Assembly (NCBI GenBank): GCA_951406725.2
Contig: OX597820.1
Coordinates: 120,404,001-120,468,000 of the forward strand
Direction of reading: 5' to 3'
DNA length: 64,000 nt
Source: Octopus vulgaris
Taxonomy: Eukaryota
The translations under genes were made by a program, and so were the position numbers. How positions within the stretch are numbered: the first letter of the stretch is position 1; every line of letters begins with the position of its first letter. Below, one piece after another: positions 44,877 to 58,259 of the stretch. The notes beneath the pieces were generated by a model. It had not been told where the DNA came from. It saw only the letters and a list, made by a program, of their open reading frames with translations, and made no database searches.

Positions 44877-45140
44877 TATATATATATTATATATATATAT
44901 ATATTAAATATATATATATACACATATATATATTATATATATATACATATACATATATATATATATATATAAATATATATATTATATATATATATTAGAT
45001 ATATATTATATATATAATAAATATATATATATTATATATAATATATATATATATATATTATATATATATATACATACATATATACATGCATACATACATA
45101 CATACATACATACATACATACATACATACGTACATATATA
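44735..45140. repeat. Degenerate (TA)n / (CATA)n tract
   Basis: Directly visible. Confidence 0.95.
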
Positions 45141-45144
45141 CTTA

Positions 45145-45580
45145 CCGACTTCACAGTGCATCAGTCCAGACGCGCTTCCACTTTTCGAAGTAGTAATGGA
45201 CATTCTTGCGTAGCGATGTCTTTTAACACCTCTGTCGTTTTCTCTCCTCACCTCTTCCGTATACGCAAAACGTTTTCCTGGAAGGACCTTTTTTTCATTC
45301 GGTGAAACAAACAAACAAGTCACAGGAAGCTAGATCGGGCGAATGGAGAGGGCGGGTAAATTTTCGACTCTTCTTTCGGTTCACGGCACACGTTCAGTCG
45401 TCACTCTTTTGATCTCCCGTGAGCAAACGAGGCACAAATTTTGCTGGAATTCTTTTCATGCACATTTCATCGTTCAAAACTTGCTGCCAGAAGCTCTAGG
45501 ACACACCAGTCATGTGAAGAAATTTCATCAATTGCTCATTGACGGTCTTCTGTTATCAGCTCATGTATTTTCGTGACGCT
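45145..45580 (-). mobile_element. Internally deleted mariner transposase remnant
   Basis: Minus-strand translations MKRIPAKFVPRLLTGDQK and KKVLPGKRFAYTEEV match mariner linker and C-terminal motifs. Confidence 0.75.
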
Positions 45581-45622
45581 GGTTATAACTGAACATAAAA
45601 ATTAACATTGATATATATATAC

Positions 45623-45667
<45 letters not shown>

Positions 45668-45670
<3 letters not shown>

Positions 45671-45800
45671 TTTTATTGTTTTACTTGCTTCAGTCATCTG
45701 ACTGCGGCCATGCTAAAGCACTGCCTTTAGTCGAACCTATCGACCCCAGGTCTTTTTCTTTGTAAGCCTAGTATTTTATCGGCTGTCAAGCAGTGCTGGC
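45668..45800 (-). mobile_element. SINE family A 3' fragment
   Basis: Reverse complement of the family tail. Confidence 0.7.
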
Positions 45801-46214
45801 AGCGACGACAAAGACAGACACACGACCATATATACACATACATTACTCCACAAAAGGACACATATGGAGACACGGATGCACACATATAGAGATGCACATG
45901 CATACATACAAACATGGTACATAGTTGCATAACACACACACACATGCACACACAAGGAGACAGAGGTGCAAACATATACAAACGCAAGCTGACACACACA
46001 TACATAGAACATACACAATCATGTACATGCAAGCACATGAATATGCAGGATACATACATACAGATGCACACACATACTTATATACATATGCATACACACA
46101 CATATATACATACATAAACATGCAAACATATATACACACATGCATACGTACATGCATGCATGCATGCATAGGCACACACACATAAACACACGCATTGACC
46201 TACACACATGCGCA

Positions 46215-46360
46215 CAGACAAACAAAAGGGAGCGCAGAGTAAATCACGGACAGAGTCAAGACAATTGAAAAGGTTGCAAGACGCAACGAAAATTTTAGGA
46301 AAACAGATGAAATGGGTCACGTTTCATCAGGACAATGATCCAGCAGACCAGTCCTTTGAT
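46215..46360 (+). mobile_element. Mariner transposase fragment
   Basis: VTFHQDNDPADQS resembles the mariner HQDNAPAHKS catalytic motif. Confidence 0.5.
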
Positions 46361-46390
46361 ATGTGCCCACCCACACCTACACATCTATCC

Positions 46391-46464
<74 letters not shown>

Positions 46465-46472
46465 ATATATAT

Positions 46473-46544
<72 letters not shown>

Positions 46545-46548
46545 ATAT

Positions 46549-46958
46549 AGGCGCAGGAGTGGCTGTGTGGTAAGTAGCTTGCTAACCAACCACATGGTTC
46601 CGTGTTCAGTTCCACTGCGTGGCATCTTGGGCAAGTGTCTTCTGCTATAGCCCCGGGCCGACCAATGCCTTGTGAATGGATTTGGTAGACGGAAACTGAA
46701 AGAAGCCTGTCGTATATATGTATATATATATATATAAGTATGTGTGCGTGTTTGTGTGTCTGTGTTTGTCCCCTAGCATTGCTTGACAACAGATGCTGGT
46801 GTGTTTACGTCCCCGTCACCTAGCGGTTCGGCAAAAGAGCCCGATAGAATAAGTACTGGGCTTACAAAGAATAAGTCCCGGGGTCGATTTGCTTGACTAA
46901 AGGCGGTGCTCCAGCATGGCCGCAGTCAAATGACTGAAACAAGTAACAGAGTAAAAGA
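46549..46958 (+). mobile_element. SINE family A
   Basis: Full-length match. Confidence 0.9.
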
Positions 46959-47154
46959 CTATATATATATATATATATAAAATTTAGAGGACTGAGCACT
47001 AAAAAAATGGACAGCCTATATGCTAGATATAGACGTCAAAATAGAAATTTTGTATGTAAAAAAATTTATAATCTTCGGATTTAAAAAAAATGTGCAAGGC
47101 TACTGATTTTAATTGATTAATATCAATTTCTACCCTTATTTAATTATATATATA

Positions 47155-47203
<49 letters not shown>

Positions 47204-48039
47204 GAGAGTATGTGTGTGAGTATGTGTGCATATTTGTGTGATTGTGTGTATGTTTGTGTGTGTGTATGCTTGTGTATCTGAATGTTTTTTGTGCATGTGT
47301 GTTTCTGTCTGTATCTTCGGGTGTCTTTTGGAGAATACATAATCAATCTGCCAGCTTCTGTTCGAGAAATGTGTGACCAGTTTCCATTTTCATGTTAGGT
47401 CGCTTCTGATCTCCGTAAGCCACAAAACGAACGAAGACAGAAGTAGACAAGGCCGAAACTGTTGGTCTGTGATGGGGCAGATTGTGTATCATTAGATGAT
47501 CAGAATACAATCGAATAGCGATCAAAGGCTTATAAGAAGTATACAGAGTTGTGAAATTCTTGTTCTTTGCTTTCAACTATCGATTTGTTCTCTGTTGGCG
47601 TCTGCTACTTCGTCTTTGATATATTGGAATTCCTGTTCTGTGAGTGCTTTCATATGCCTTGCATTATTTCATCTGGCACTCGGTGCAACAATAAGTACCT
47701 AGACATTTTATCTAACAGTTTTGTTTCATTTTAGTCTGAAAAATGCAATCCTGCCTCGGTAAGAACTTACCAGAATTTGTGAAGGTTAGAATATGTGTTG
47801 GGCTTCGTAGCTACAAAATGTTTTTGGTTGCAGAAGACTTCAATTCTGCGGAGGGGAAAAAAGTGTGTTATTTGCGCATCAAAATATTTGAAGGCTTTAT
47901 TTATATATCAGGAGATGTAGCGCATAAGTTGATTTAGTCATTTATATAAACATATACATATATATGTGTGTATATGCGTGTGTGTGAGTGTGTGTGTGTG
48001 CGTGTGTGTGTGCATGTATATATATATTTTCTTTATATA

Positions 48040-48215
48040 TAGGGGGAGAATTCACGAAAACAAAACAAACGACGAAGACAGGTGGTGTAGAAAACAAACA
48101 GATGTATTAGTATAACACTCAGGAATTCAAAAAGGTCTTTTACCTTTCGAGCCTACGCTCTTTTACAGAAAGGAACACAGAAAGAAACAAGGAGAGAAAA
48201 AAAAATGTGTGTAGT
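48040..48215 (-). mobile_element. PLE-type terminal repeat copy (family of 1-113)
   Basis: Reverse complement CTTTCTGTAAAAGAGCGTAGGCTCGAAAGGTAAAAG (decayed hammerhead motif, 48136-48173). Confidence 0.6.
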
Positions 48216-48234
48216 GTGTGTGTGCGTGTGAGTG

Positions 48235-48438
48235 TATTACGGAAATGTACTTGCATAGCAAGTGACCTTATCTGAGATAGTGTGATGGCAAGAAAACGAA
48301 TGCAGCGTAGAATTTCTTTAAAGCCCATTTAAAAGACACAAAAACTGTTGAATTAACTTCATCATTTAAATTTAAGTTGCCAAAATATTTTCGTAGATTT
48401 GACACCGCGACTTGTTCAGTAACAAAGTTCCGTGCTGC

Positions 48439-48440
<2 letters not shown>
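48235..48440 (-). mobile_element. Single-armed, diverged copy of the 14126-14333 element
   Basis: Reverse complement aligns from GCAGCACGGA to GTACATTTCCGTAAT. Confidence 0.75.
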
Positions 48441-48494
<54 letters not shown>

Positions 48495-48725
48495 GCAATC
48501 TGACACACACATACATAGAAAATACACAAACACGGACATGCAAGCCCATGAATATGCCGGATACATACATACAGATGCACACACATACTTATATACATAT
48601 GCATACACACACATATGTACATAAACATGCAAACATATATACACACATGCATACGTACACATGTGGTCACATTTTGAATGCATATACATATATACATACA
48701 CACACACACACACACACACGGACGG

Positions 48726-48767
<42 letters not shown>

Positions 48768-49287
48768 CTATATATATTAATATTTTGTCAAATAAGAATT
48801 TTCAATATTTTATTAGACGAATAAATTGATTTCACTGAACATCAGGTGTAATGCCCCATTCTTTGTCTCTATACTCTCAGATCAAATTCTACGTAAGTCC
48901 TCGGGCAGCCCCATGCCGGTAGATCTTTTGAATATATGAAACTTCGAATGAAATATCTTGTGATATGTGGGTTGGTTTTCAAAGCTGAAATTCTTTCCAT
49001 TCGCACTGGAAAATACAGGGGTCAAAATGGCTGTATTCTTTACCCTTGTACCTTGGTGTTTTCTGTCTAACAATGTTTATGCTAGGCCAGATAATGGCAG
49101 GTTATTATATAAGAAAATTGAAATCCTATGAGAGTAACGCTCGATGAAATGTTACTGTTCTAAAGAGTTAAGGGGCATATTTTACCAGCTTCAATTTCGT
49201 ATGTAAATATATTTGAATCTTATTCAGAAAAATGGAGAGGCAAGTTGAAGCGTCTTGAAATGTTTCCTGGGAATCAAAACATTTGGT

Positions 49288-49587
49288 GGAAGCATATGGC
49301 CTAGTGGTTAGAGCAGCGGACTCCCGGTCGAGGGATCGCAGGTTCGAATCTCAGGCCGGACGATGTGTGTGTTTATGAGCGAAACACCTTAGCTCCACGC
49401 GGCTCCGCCAGAAGGTAATGGCGAACTTCTGCTGACTCTTTCGCCACAACTTTCTCTCACTCTTTTCTCCTGCATCTTGCAGCTCACCTGCGACGGACTG
49501 GCGTTCAGTCCAGGTGGGGAACCTATACGCCAAAAAACCGGGAAACCGGCCCTTATGAGCCAGGCATAGTTCGAGAAGGAAGAAACC
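49288..49587 (+). mobile_element. SINE family C
   Basis: TGGCCTAGTGGTTAG A box, GGTTCGAATCTC B box; full length. Confidence 0.9.
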
Positions 49588-49832
49588 AAAAAAAAATCAT
49601 AATGTTTTTTTATGATATTTTAATTCTAAGAGTTATCAAAATTATGATATCTAACACTTAGGAAATGCCATACAAATTGTTAGAATAATTGACTGTTCGT
49701 AAATGTTAAATGAAATAGTTCAGCACCAGAATGTATTTTGCATGATGATCTTAGGATGTCATTTGATCCCCGAAAACATAAATCCAAAGTACATAATCTC
49801 CTACTGCAAGAAACATATTTATAGAACGCAAA

Positions 49833-50048
49833 GCAGCGAGCTGGTTGATTCTGTAGCATGCCGGACAAAATGCCGAGCAGCATTTAGTCCGTCTTTATGT
49901 CCTGGGCTCAAATTCCACAGAGCTCGACGCTCGACTTTGACATTCATCATTACGGTGTCGATAAAATAAGTACCACTTTTGCACTGGGGGCCAGTGTAAT
50001 CAACTACCTGTCCCGGAACGTGCTGGCCTTGTGCAAAAATATGAAACC
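49833..50048 (+). mobile_element. SINE family B (diverged)
   Basis: GCGAGCTGG head; GTCGATAAAATAAGTACC core. Confidence 0.65.
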
Positions 50049-50480
50049 GATATTTATAGATTCTCTGTTACCACACTATCTATTACAATAGTACTTACTA
50101 TGAATAAGAGCATTGCAACTTCTGTCGCAGGTTTATTAGTACATTTAATAGATGCCTTGCGGTAAACTATCTGCCACTTGGGTCTCATTCTAGCCGTGAT
50201 CAATTTGTGATGTTTTCCCTCCTGTTTCGATAAATACTCTACCATTGAAGTACAAGAGTCGTTCCTTAATAAAAATGCATCATTCAGGAGCAAATTTACT
50301 ACAGTGTTCTTCCGAGATATGCTTTGTGGATGGACTGTATTTAAAAATACAATGAAAAACAGAGGTGGAGGAATAAAATCACCCCTGCAGTGGAGAGTGA
50401 GAATGGCACAACCAGTCCTGCCTCGCTTGACGTTATCCATAACGTTGTTGATTATTACCTGTTTTTATTCAACCAGGGTT

Positions 50481-50779
50481 GGAAGCACATGGCCTACTGG
50501 TTAGAGCAGCGGACTCGCGGGTTTGAATCTCAGACCGAGCGATGTGTGTGCTTATGAGCGAAACACCTAAGCTACACGCGGCTCCGGCAGAAGGTAATGG
50601 CGAAACTTCTGCTGACTCTTTCGCCACAACTTTCTCTCACACTTTCCTCCTGCATCTTGCAGCTCACCTGCGATGGACCGGCGTCCCGTCCAGGTGGGGA
50701 ACCTATACACCAAGAGACCGGGAAACTGGCCCTTATGAGCCAAGCATGGCTCGAGAAGGAACAAACAAACAAAAACAAA
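50481..50779 (+). mobile_element. SINE family C with TSD
   Basis: Flanked by ATTCAACCAGGG direct repeats (50467-50478, 50780-50791). Confidence 0.9.
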
Positions 50780-51157
50780 ATTCAACCAGGGGGCTTTTCT
50801 CATAAGTAGTGAATGTTTATTGCCTGTTTTCCTGTATAAACGCGGGCGCTAAATTCCTTCTTTTCAAGATGTAGCTGCCTATGAATGTAGGTTATCGGCA
50901 GCGCCCAGGGTAGTAGAAATGTTTCTGATGTCTTCGTTTCCTTCCGATATATATATCTTATTAAAATAACACGACCATTAATGGTATTATCAACAGACTA
51001 ATATCGCAGAAAATTTAGCCGTCGACAATTTATTTGTATTAAATATCAAACATAGACGACTATTTTAATCTAATATTGCTTCTGTTGCATAACATCGAAT
51101 GTACGCGTGTGTTCTGAGGTGTGTGTATATATATAAGTATGGAATTTTATCTAATAA

Positions 51158-51551
51158 CTAGCAGTATCGCCCGGCGTTGCTCGGATTTGTTTCGACACTC
51201 TAGAATTGGAATTTTTGAAAAGTAAACACTTTGCATTATGTAGCGTGTTATTCTCTTTAAGTGAATATTCTTCTGGTTGAAATACACCGAAAAATGGTGA
51301 CACAGCAATTAAAAATTCGTAAAAAATAAGGGATTTTCATAGAAAAAAAAGCACCTTTTTGGTGTAAATAATTTTTGGTCTTAACATGGTCCGACTTGAA
51401 TTTTTTCTTCTACGGAAGGAAGAGCAAACCTTCTTCTATCAAGCTCTCAATTTTTGTCAACTTGCGCCGCAGGGTCTCGGAGAAGATAGTTTTAGTTGAA
51501 GGCTACCAAACCTGCCATACACAGACAACTTCAGCTTTATATATAGAGAGA
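51158..51551 (-). mobile_element. Non-autonomous Helitron (same termini as 2602-2988, different interior)
   Basis: CTAGCAGTATCGCCCGGCGTTGCTCGG at the left end; CAGACAACTTCAGCTTTATATATAGA at the right end. Confidence 0.75.
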
Positions 51552-51699
51552 TATATTCAGCTATAAATTAAGTCTATTAAATAATCTTACATTTCGCCAC
51601 CCTCACTAACAGTTCTTCATGGATGTCCCCAGCGTTAAAGCCTCGGGCGAAGTGCCACTTAACGAACTTCATATCCCCACACACGTGGTAATCGTCTTT

Positions 51700-51809
51700 G
51701 CTATTGTCATCTTCCTCGCCACCATCCTCCTCCTTCTCCTCTTCATTATCACCACCACCATCCTCTCCACTATTATTATCATCATCATCGTCGTCGTCGT
51801 CGTCGCGAA

Positions 51810-51841
<32 letters not shown>

Positions 51842-51982
51842 CAATACTCTTCACTATCATCATCATCATCACAATACTCTTCACTATCATCATCATCATC
51901 ATCATCATCGTCGTCGTCGTCGTCGTCGTCATCAACATCATCATCATCATCATCCTCATCGCCGTTGTCGTCGTCATCATGA
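51700..51982. repeat. (ATC/GTC/ACC)n microsatellite
   Basis: Directly visible; explains the poly-D, poly-I and poly-S ORFs. Confidence 0.9.
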
Positions 51983-52444
51983 CAGCTTCGCAATCATGAT
52001 CGATGGAAAGTAATATTATTATTATTATTAATTTTTTTTTAAATTTCTACGCTTATCATTCAACTTTTGTTTGGCTGCAATATTTAATTTCTAATGTATC
52101 AAAATAATGTAATATTTATCAAGAGGATTGGCTTCAGTATAGAATTATTGTTGAAATTAAACACACCTCATGCCAGTTAATTAATTTTCAGCTTGTGTGA
52201 AATGAGTCTGTTTATTTTGTTGTAAGAAATATTTTTCACCAGTTCCAAATGTGTGGCGTCTGATTCTTCGCGTATCTGTACTAGATTGTTCCGGTTCTCG
52301 ATTCTCCCAACCTAAAAGTTGCAGAGTGCTTACTGCTGCAATTCGCTCCTTATTGAAGGAATTGCAATCTTTAGTAATTATCAAGGGGTATATTTTAGAG
52401 ACGCTGTTACTTTTTTTTTTTTAAATATAATTTTTTATAAATAC

Positions 52445-53335
52445 AGCGAGCTGGCAGAAACGTTAGCACACAGGGCGAAATGCTTAGCGGTATTTCGTCT
52501 GACGCTACGTTCTGAGTTCAAATTCTGCCGATGTCGACTTTGCCTTTCATTCTTTCGGGGTCGATTAAATAAGTACCAGTTACGCACTGGAGTCAATGTA
52601 ATCGACTTTGTCATTTAGTCTGTCCTTGTTTGTCCTCTCTGTGTTTAGGTCCTTGTGGGTAGTAAAGAAATAAGTATTTCGTCTGCCGTTACGTTCTGAG
52701 TTCAAATTCCACCGAGGTCGGCTTTGCCTTTCATTCTTTCGGGGTCGATTAAATAAGTACCAGTTACGCACTGGGGTCGATATAATCGACTTAATCCGTT
52801 TGTCTGTCCTTGTTTGTCCTCTCTGTGTTTAGGCCCTTGTGGGTAGTAAAGAAATAAGTATTTCGTCTGCCGTTACAAACTGAGTTCAAATTCCGCCGAG
52901 GTCGACTTTGCCTTTCATTCTTTCGGGGTCGATTAAATAAGTACCAGTTACGCACTGTGGTCGATATAATCGACTTCATCATTTTGTCTGTCCTTGTTTG
53001 TCCTCTCTGTGTTTAGCCCCTTGTGGGTAGTAAAGAAATAAGTATTTCGTCTGCCGTTACGTTCTGAGTTCAAATTCCGCCGAGGTCGACTTTGCCTTTC
53101 ATCCTTTCGGGGTCGATTAAATAAGTACCAGTTACGCACTGGAGTCGATATAATCGACTTAATCTGTTTGTATGTCCTCTTTGTGTTTAGCTCCTTGTGG
53201 GTAGTAAAGAAATAGGTATTTCGTCTGTCTTTATGTTCTGTGTTCCAATTCCACCGAGGTCGGCTTTAATTACTGGGGTCGATCTAATCGACTGTTCTCC
53301 TCCACCAAAAATTCGAGCCTTGTGTGTAAAGTAGA
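52445..53335 (+). repeat. Family B SINE followed by a tandem array of ~184-bp SINE-derived units
   Basis: TATTTCGTCTG recurs at 52491, 52675, 52859, 53043 and 53217. Confidence 0.9.
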
Positions 53336-53359
53336 AAATAATATTTATTTTTATAAATA

Positions 53360-53545
53360 GGGTGGCGTGCTGGAATAACTGTTAGGTCGCCGAAGAAAAT
53401 GCTTAGCTGCATTTCGTCCGTCTTTCCGTTCTGAGTTAAAATTCTGTCGCCGTTGTCTTCGCTTTTCATCTTTCGGGGTTGATGAAATCTGGGGTTGATG
53501 TAATGAACTAGCTGCTTCCCCGAAATTGCTGCCAAAATTTGAAAT
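53360..53545 (+). mobile_element. SINE family B (diverged)
   Basis: GGTGGCGTGCTGG head; TTTCATCTTTCGGGGTTGAT core. Confidence 0.6.
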
Positions 53546-53736
53546 CGAAATTTTCTTTTATAAGCCCATTAAATTTCATTTCATTTTATCATTATAATAA
53601 GTCCTAATCTCCAGGGTTCATATTATTATTTGCTTTGGCTAATACATCAATCAGAATGAACGCCCTTCATTTTGGGTGATCCATTGCTATAAAATCCAGT
53701 TGATTTCAGTTTATGTGCGTGTATATATAGTCATGT

Positions 53737-53962
53737 GGAGGCGCGTGGCTTAGTGGGTAGGGTGTCAGCATCATGATCATAAGATTGTGGCTTCGATTCC
53801 TGGACCGGGCGACGCGTTGTGTTCTTGAGCGAAACATTTCATTTCACGTTTCTCCAGTCCACTCAGCTGGCAAAAATGAGTAACGCTGCGATGGGGAACA
53901 CATACGCCATAGAAACCGGGAAACCGGGCCTTTGAGCCTGACAAGGCTTTAAAAGGGTGCAA
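53737..53962 (+). mobile_element. SINE with a family D head and a family C-like 3' part
   Basis: GGAGGCGCGTGGCTTAGTGG head; AAACCGGGAAACCGGGCC tail shared with family C. Confidence 0.75.
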
Positions 53963-54415
53963 AGAACAAAGTATATATAGCCATACCGACAGTGTGTGGA
54001 GTTCGTAAAAACATAAAACATTCCATGTTTATGTGTGTGTTCAACGAAAGCACAACGTCAGTAGAACGATATGGCATATTGGATTTTGTAATATTCACTG
54101 AGGTAGAAATCTCTACGTCAACTACTCGTAGAAACCTGTTTGCAAGCAATGATTACATGAAGTAAATATCACTGTATCTTACCATATGTGCCCTACTTAA
54201 TAATGGTGAGATATATTAACTTCAATAAATAACTTGCCAAAAATACCTCATCAATAAAAGCACTAAATCACGTTGCTTTCATTGTTTCTTAAATCTTAAA
54301 CATGAAACATATAAGAATGTCCCTTCCAAAATATTTTAATGGGGTCAAATTGGTTAATTAAGGAATTTGCAAGAATTAATGTGTTTACTCATCTACTGAA
54401 AGGAGAAGCATATAC

Positions 54416-54539
<124 letters not shown>

Positions 54540-54814
54540 CGGGAGGCTTTATGAAAATAAACAAAAGACGAAGGCAGGTGGAAAACAAGTATATATATAT
54601 ATAATTTGGTATGTATGTATATAGAAAATTTTGTAAATGTTTTCCGAAGCAGAAACTTAGATCAATAATTTTTATGTTATTAAGTTTATTTTTAATTGAA
54701 ATGCTAATGGGTATTTTAAGTCGGAAATTAAATATAGATTTTGATGAATTCTTGGAAAACGATTAAATGAAGGGCTGAATGATAATGAAATTATATTTTT
54801 ATTAAACGTTATAC

Positions 54815-54835
54815 GCTACTACTACAACAACACCA

Positions 54836-54867
<32 letters not shown>

Positions 54868-54901
54868 AGCAATTACTACTAATACTGCTACTACTACTAC
54901 A

Positions 54902-54939
<38 letters not shown>

Positions 54940-55005
54940 ATATGATATATTGTTATTATTATTTTTTATTATATAATTTTCGTGCTATTATTTTTATTAT
55001 TATTA

Positions 55006-55050
<45 letters not shown>
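54815..55050. repeat. (ACT)n / (ATT)n microsatellite
   Basis: Directly visible. Confidence 0.95.
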
Positions 55051-55051
<1 letters not shown>

Positions 55052-55596
55052 TGTTTAGGTGAATAGGCAGCTTAAGTGCAATATATTTGCTTCAAGTGCC
55101 TAGTAATATTTTTCTTCAGCAAAACAAACTAACAAACCAAACATTATTGATATAGTTTGTTCTGCTGGGAAAAAGACGACAATGCTTTAGACTATACAAA
55201 CGCTTGTCCAAACACATTATATAATGGGTACTTATTCCATCGTCAGATATTCTTTAAAGTAAGGCGCCAGGCTTTAGAAAGACCAAATTGAATTCCAGAG
55301 AGTTACTCATTTCGATATTTCAGCTCATTTAAAACATAACAAAATATATTTACACCAGGGCATTTCTATGTAGATTCCAAAGTAAATATTATATTCCATT
55401 CAATCCAAGTGTTATATTAGTTTGCTGTTATGCAAAATATGGGTATTTTAGTAAAAACTACTTATATTCTATTCAGATTAACAACGGCGGAAAACTGCAA
55501 AATAAAGATTTGCTTTACTTCTTTGAAATTAAACTAAAAATAATGATATACACGTTAAATTAGGCATGGACATATTTACAACGTAAAGAGATAATT

Positions 55597-55740
55597 GGAT
55601 CTTTTCAGTTTGAACTGCAGTTTTTTCTAGCGGTGTCATATGAAATTGTCAACCATAATTATGACCCTAGTATCGATCTATTGCATTTGAATTTGTTTTA
55701 GGGTTAGGGTTACTGAGGGTTAGTTAGGTTTAGGTCTGAA
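55597..55740 (+). mobile_element. MITE 5' part (family of 31864-32276)
   Basis: Left TIR plus TTAGGG-rich segment. Confidence 0.8.
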
Positions 55741-55747
55741 GGGGTAT

Positions 55748-56180
55748 TAAGTAAATAGTTCCTTCCTGGAATGTAAAAAGGTCTCCGGATCGACCGAATT
55801 TGTAAACAGAATTATTTCCCTCTCAACCAAGCAAGGATTACATCATTTGCTCCCTTTTATACAAGCGCCTGGTTGTTCAAGAAGCTTCCATTCATTTATG
55901 TATGAGGTTCCTTCCACTTTTAATCGGCATGTATATCTTGTCAGCGATGTGATATTTCGCCTTTCCGCTATCCTAAAAGAGTACTTGTGATTGTTCATGT
56001 GTTCCTTAAAATGCTTTACGGTTGAACCGACATATTGTCGTGTCTGTGTATTGGTTGTGCTACCACCGATGTTTGTTTCGTTAACTCCAGGCCCGAAGAC
56101 TTTGTTGTTGCTGGTGGTGTTTCTACCCGTACTGATATTCCAGGACGTGTGTCAAGTGGTTCTGATGTTGCTGGCGTAGC
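55748..56180 (-). mobile_element. Penelope-like GIY-YIG endonuclease remnant
   Basis: Minus-strand translation YVGSTVKHFKEHMNNHKYSFR...NITSLTRY...EWKLLEQ, then CNPCLVEREIIL...FLHSRKELF after a frameshift. Confidence 0.7.
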
Positions 56181-56364
56181 GGCCATTTCTGACCGCAAAT
56201 TTACTGCCGTTGCTGCCGCTGTAACTGTTTGTATTGCCACCTCTGCTGTTTGAAGCGTTGCTGTCACCACCGCCGTCACCACTGTTGTCGGTGGATGCTT
56301 TGTTGCCGCTTATGCTGTGGCTCTGCTCATTGCCGCCGCTACTGTCATTGTTGGCGTCGGATGT

Positions 56365-56597
56365 ATATTTCTTTATTGCCCACAGGGGGCTAAACACAGA
56401 GGGTACAAACAAGGACAGACAAAGGGATTAAGTAGATTACATCGACCCCAGTGCGTAACTGGTATTTATTTAATCGACCCTTAAAGAATGAAAGGCAAAG
56501 TCGACCTCGGTGGAATTCGAACTCAGAACGTAACGGCAGACGTAATACCGCTAAGCATTTCACCCAGCATGCTAACGTTTCTGCCAACTCGCCGCCT
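56365..56597 (-). mobile_element. SINE family B, full length
   Basis: Reverse complement begins GGCGGCGAGTTGGCAGAAACGTTAG. Confidence 0.85.
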
Positions 56598-57292
56598 TGG
56601 TGTCGGATTACTATTGCTGCTTAAGCTGTTAATTTGCCCGTCAGTGGTGGCTGCCACTTCAGCCTCATACACAACCCCCTCACATTTGCATCACCCTCCA
56701 CACTGGGCAGTACTTATATATCGTACGCAATAATGAGCAACATTAAGGAAACTGAATTAAGCACCCATAAACCACAAGCAGATGCAGGATGTAGGGTATG
56801 CAATAACTGCCAAACGGCAGCAACAATGCCACCAGGGTTAAGGAAATAAGCTCTCACTCGACTCAGGGACGTTTTTAAACACCAGGAAAGATATATTCAG
56901 TCAATGCTCTCTGCTTACATTTCTCCAGCCGGAGCTCTTCTATTCTTCCTTCTCTACTGTGACACAGGACACTGCACTTCCATCACCCAGCATCTCATTG
57001 AAGTAAACAACCGATCACTCCGCATCATAGGCAATTTCAGTTGCCGCTTCACCACACTTTTCATTCATATGTCAATATTCTGTTTGTGATACGATCTCCA
57101 TCAGCCAAACTAAACACTGAGTGTTTAGTAAGCTTGCAGATCAGTTAAATTTGATTTGGCTTATCCCTCAAATCCCCACGTATTTAGACAACTTTTACAG
57201 AAAGTAACCTACAGACGCGCAAATCACTACTCACCCGTAAAGTGAGAGAGAAAGAAAGTGAGAGAGCAAGAGGGAAGTATGAGAATAATATA

Positions 57293-57526
57293 CTTATTTC
57301 TTTAATGCCCACAAGGGGTTAAACATAGAGGGGACAAAAATGAACAGACAAACGGATTAAGTCGATTAGATCGACCCCTGTGCATACCTGGTGCTTAATT
57401 TATCGACGCCAAAAGGATGAAAGGCAAAGTCGACCTCGACGGAATTTGAACTCAGAACGTAACGGCAGACGAAATACGGCTACGCATTTCGCCCGGCGTG
57501 CTAACGTTTCTGCCAGCTCACCACCT
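57293..57526 (-). mobile_element. SINE family B, full length, with TSD
   Basis: Flanked by TATGAGAATAATATA(T)ACT direct repeats (~57278 and ~57530). Confidence 0.85.
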
Positions 57527-57842
57527 TTATATGAGAATAATATACTGTTATGTCGCACGTTCGGATGCCTCTACTACTTCACTCTCTTCTACTTCTCTTA
57601 GCGCTACTCAACCCTGACATCTAAACTTCTCCCTCTATATGTACGTATTGGGCTAGCCTACGTCATCGTCTGGGGGGCGTCTACACAACATATACATAAA
57701 GTTTTGCAACAATATCACCATCGTATACTGAATAAGAAGATGATTAAATTGCGTAAGTTTTTTTTAGATATCACATGAATTCGTAGCTACATATGCTTGA
57801 AAAATATAACACAATTTTATTTCATATAAAGTGGATAACTCT

Positions 57843-58259
57843 CTTTCTCTTTACTCTTACTCTTTACTTGTTTCAGTCATTTGACTGATGCCATGCTGGA
57901 GCACCGCCTTTAGTCGAGCAAATCGACCCCGGGACTTATTCTTTGTAAGCCCAGTACTTATTCTATCGGTTTCTTTTGTCGAACCGCTAAGTGACGGGGA
58001 CGTAAACACACCAGCATCGGTTGTCAAGCAATGCTAGGGGGACAAACACAGACACACAAACATATACACACACACTTATATATATATACATATATACGAC
58101 AAGCTTCTTTCAGTTTTCGTCAACCAAATCCACTCACAAGGCATTGGTCGGCCCGGGGCTATAGCAGAAGACACTTGCCCAAGATGCCACGCAGAGGGAC
58201 TGAACCCGGAACCATGTGGTTGGTTAGCAAGCTACTAACCACACAGCCACTCCTGCGCC
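57843..58259 (-). mobile_element. SINE family A
   Basis: Reverse-complement full-length match. Confidence 0.9.

Noticed and set aside
47343-47900. Complex, coding-like minus-strand stretch
   Set aside because: Stops in all frames examined and no recognisable motif; possibly an old element ORF1 but unsupported
51577-51993. Acidic poly-Asp protein
   Set aside because: (ATC/GTC)n microsatellite; the short unique end only faintly resembles a mariner N-terminus
52445-53335. CRISPR-like regular repeat
   Set aside because: Whole 184-bp units repeat with no unique spacers; eukaryotic SINE-derived array, no cas genes
56650-57090. Possible third PLE remnant (Cys-containing linker-like text, IIGNFSC)
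   Set aside because: Too degenerate to call by eye; needs blastx
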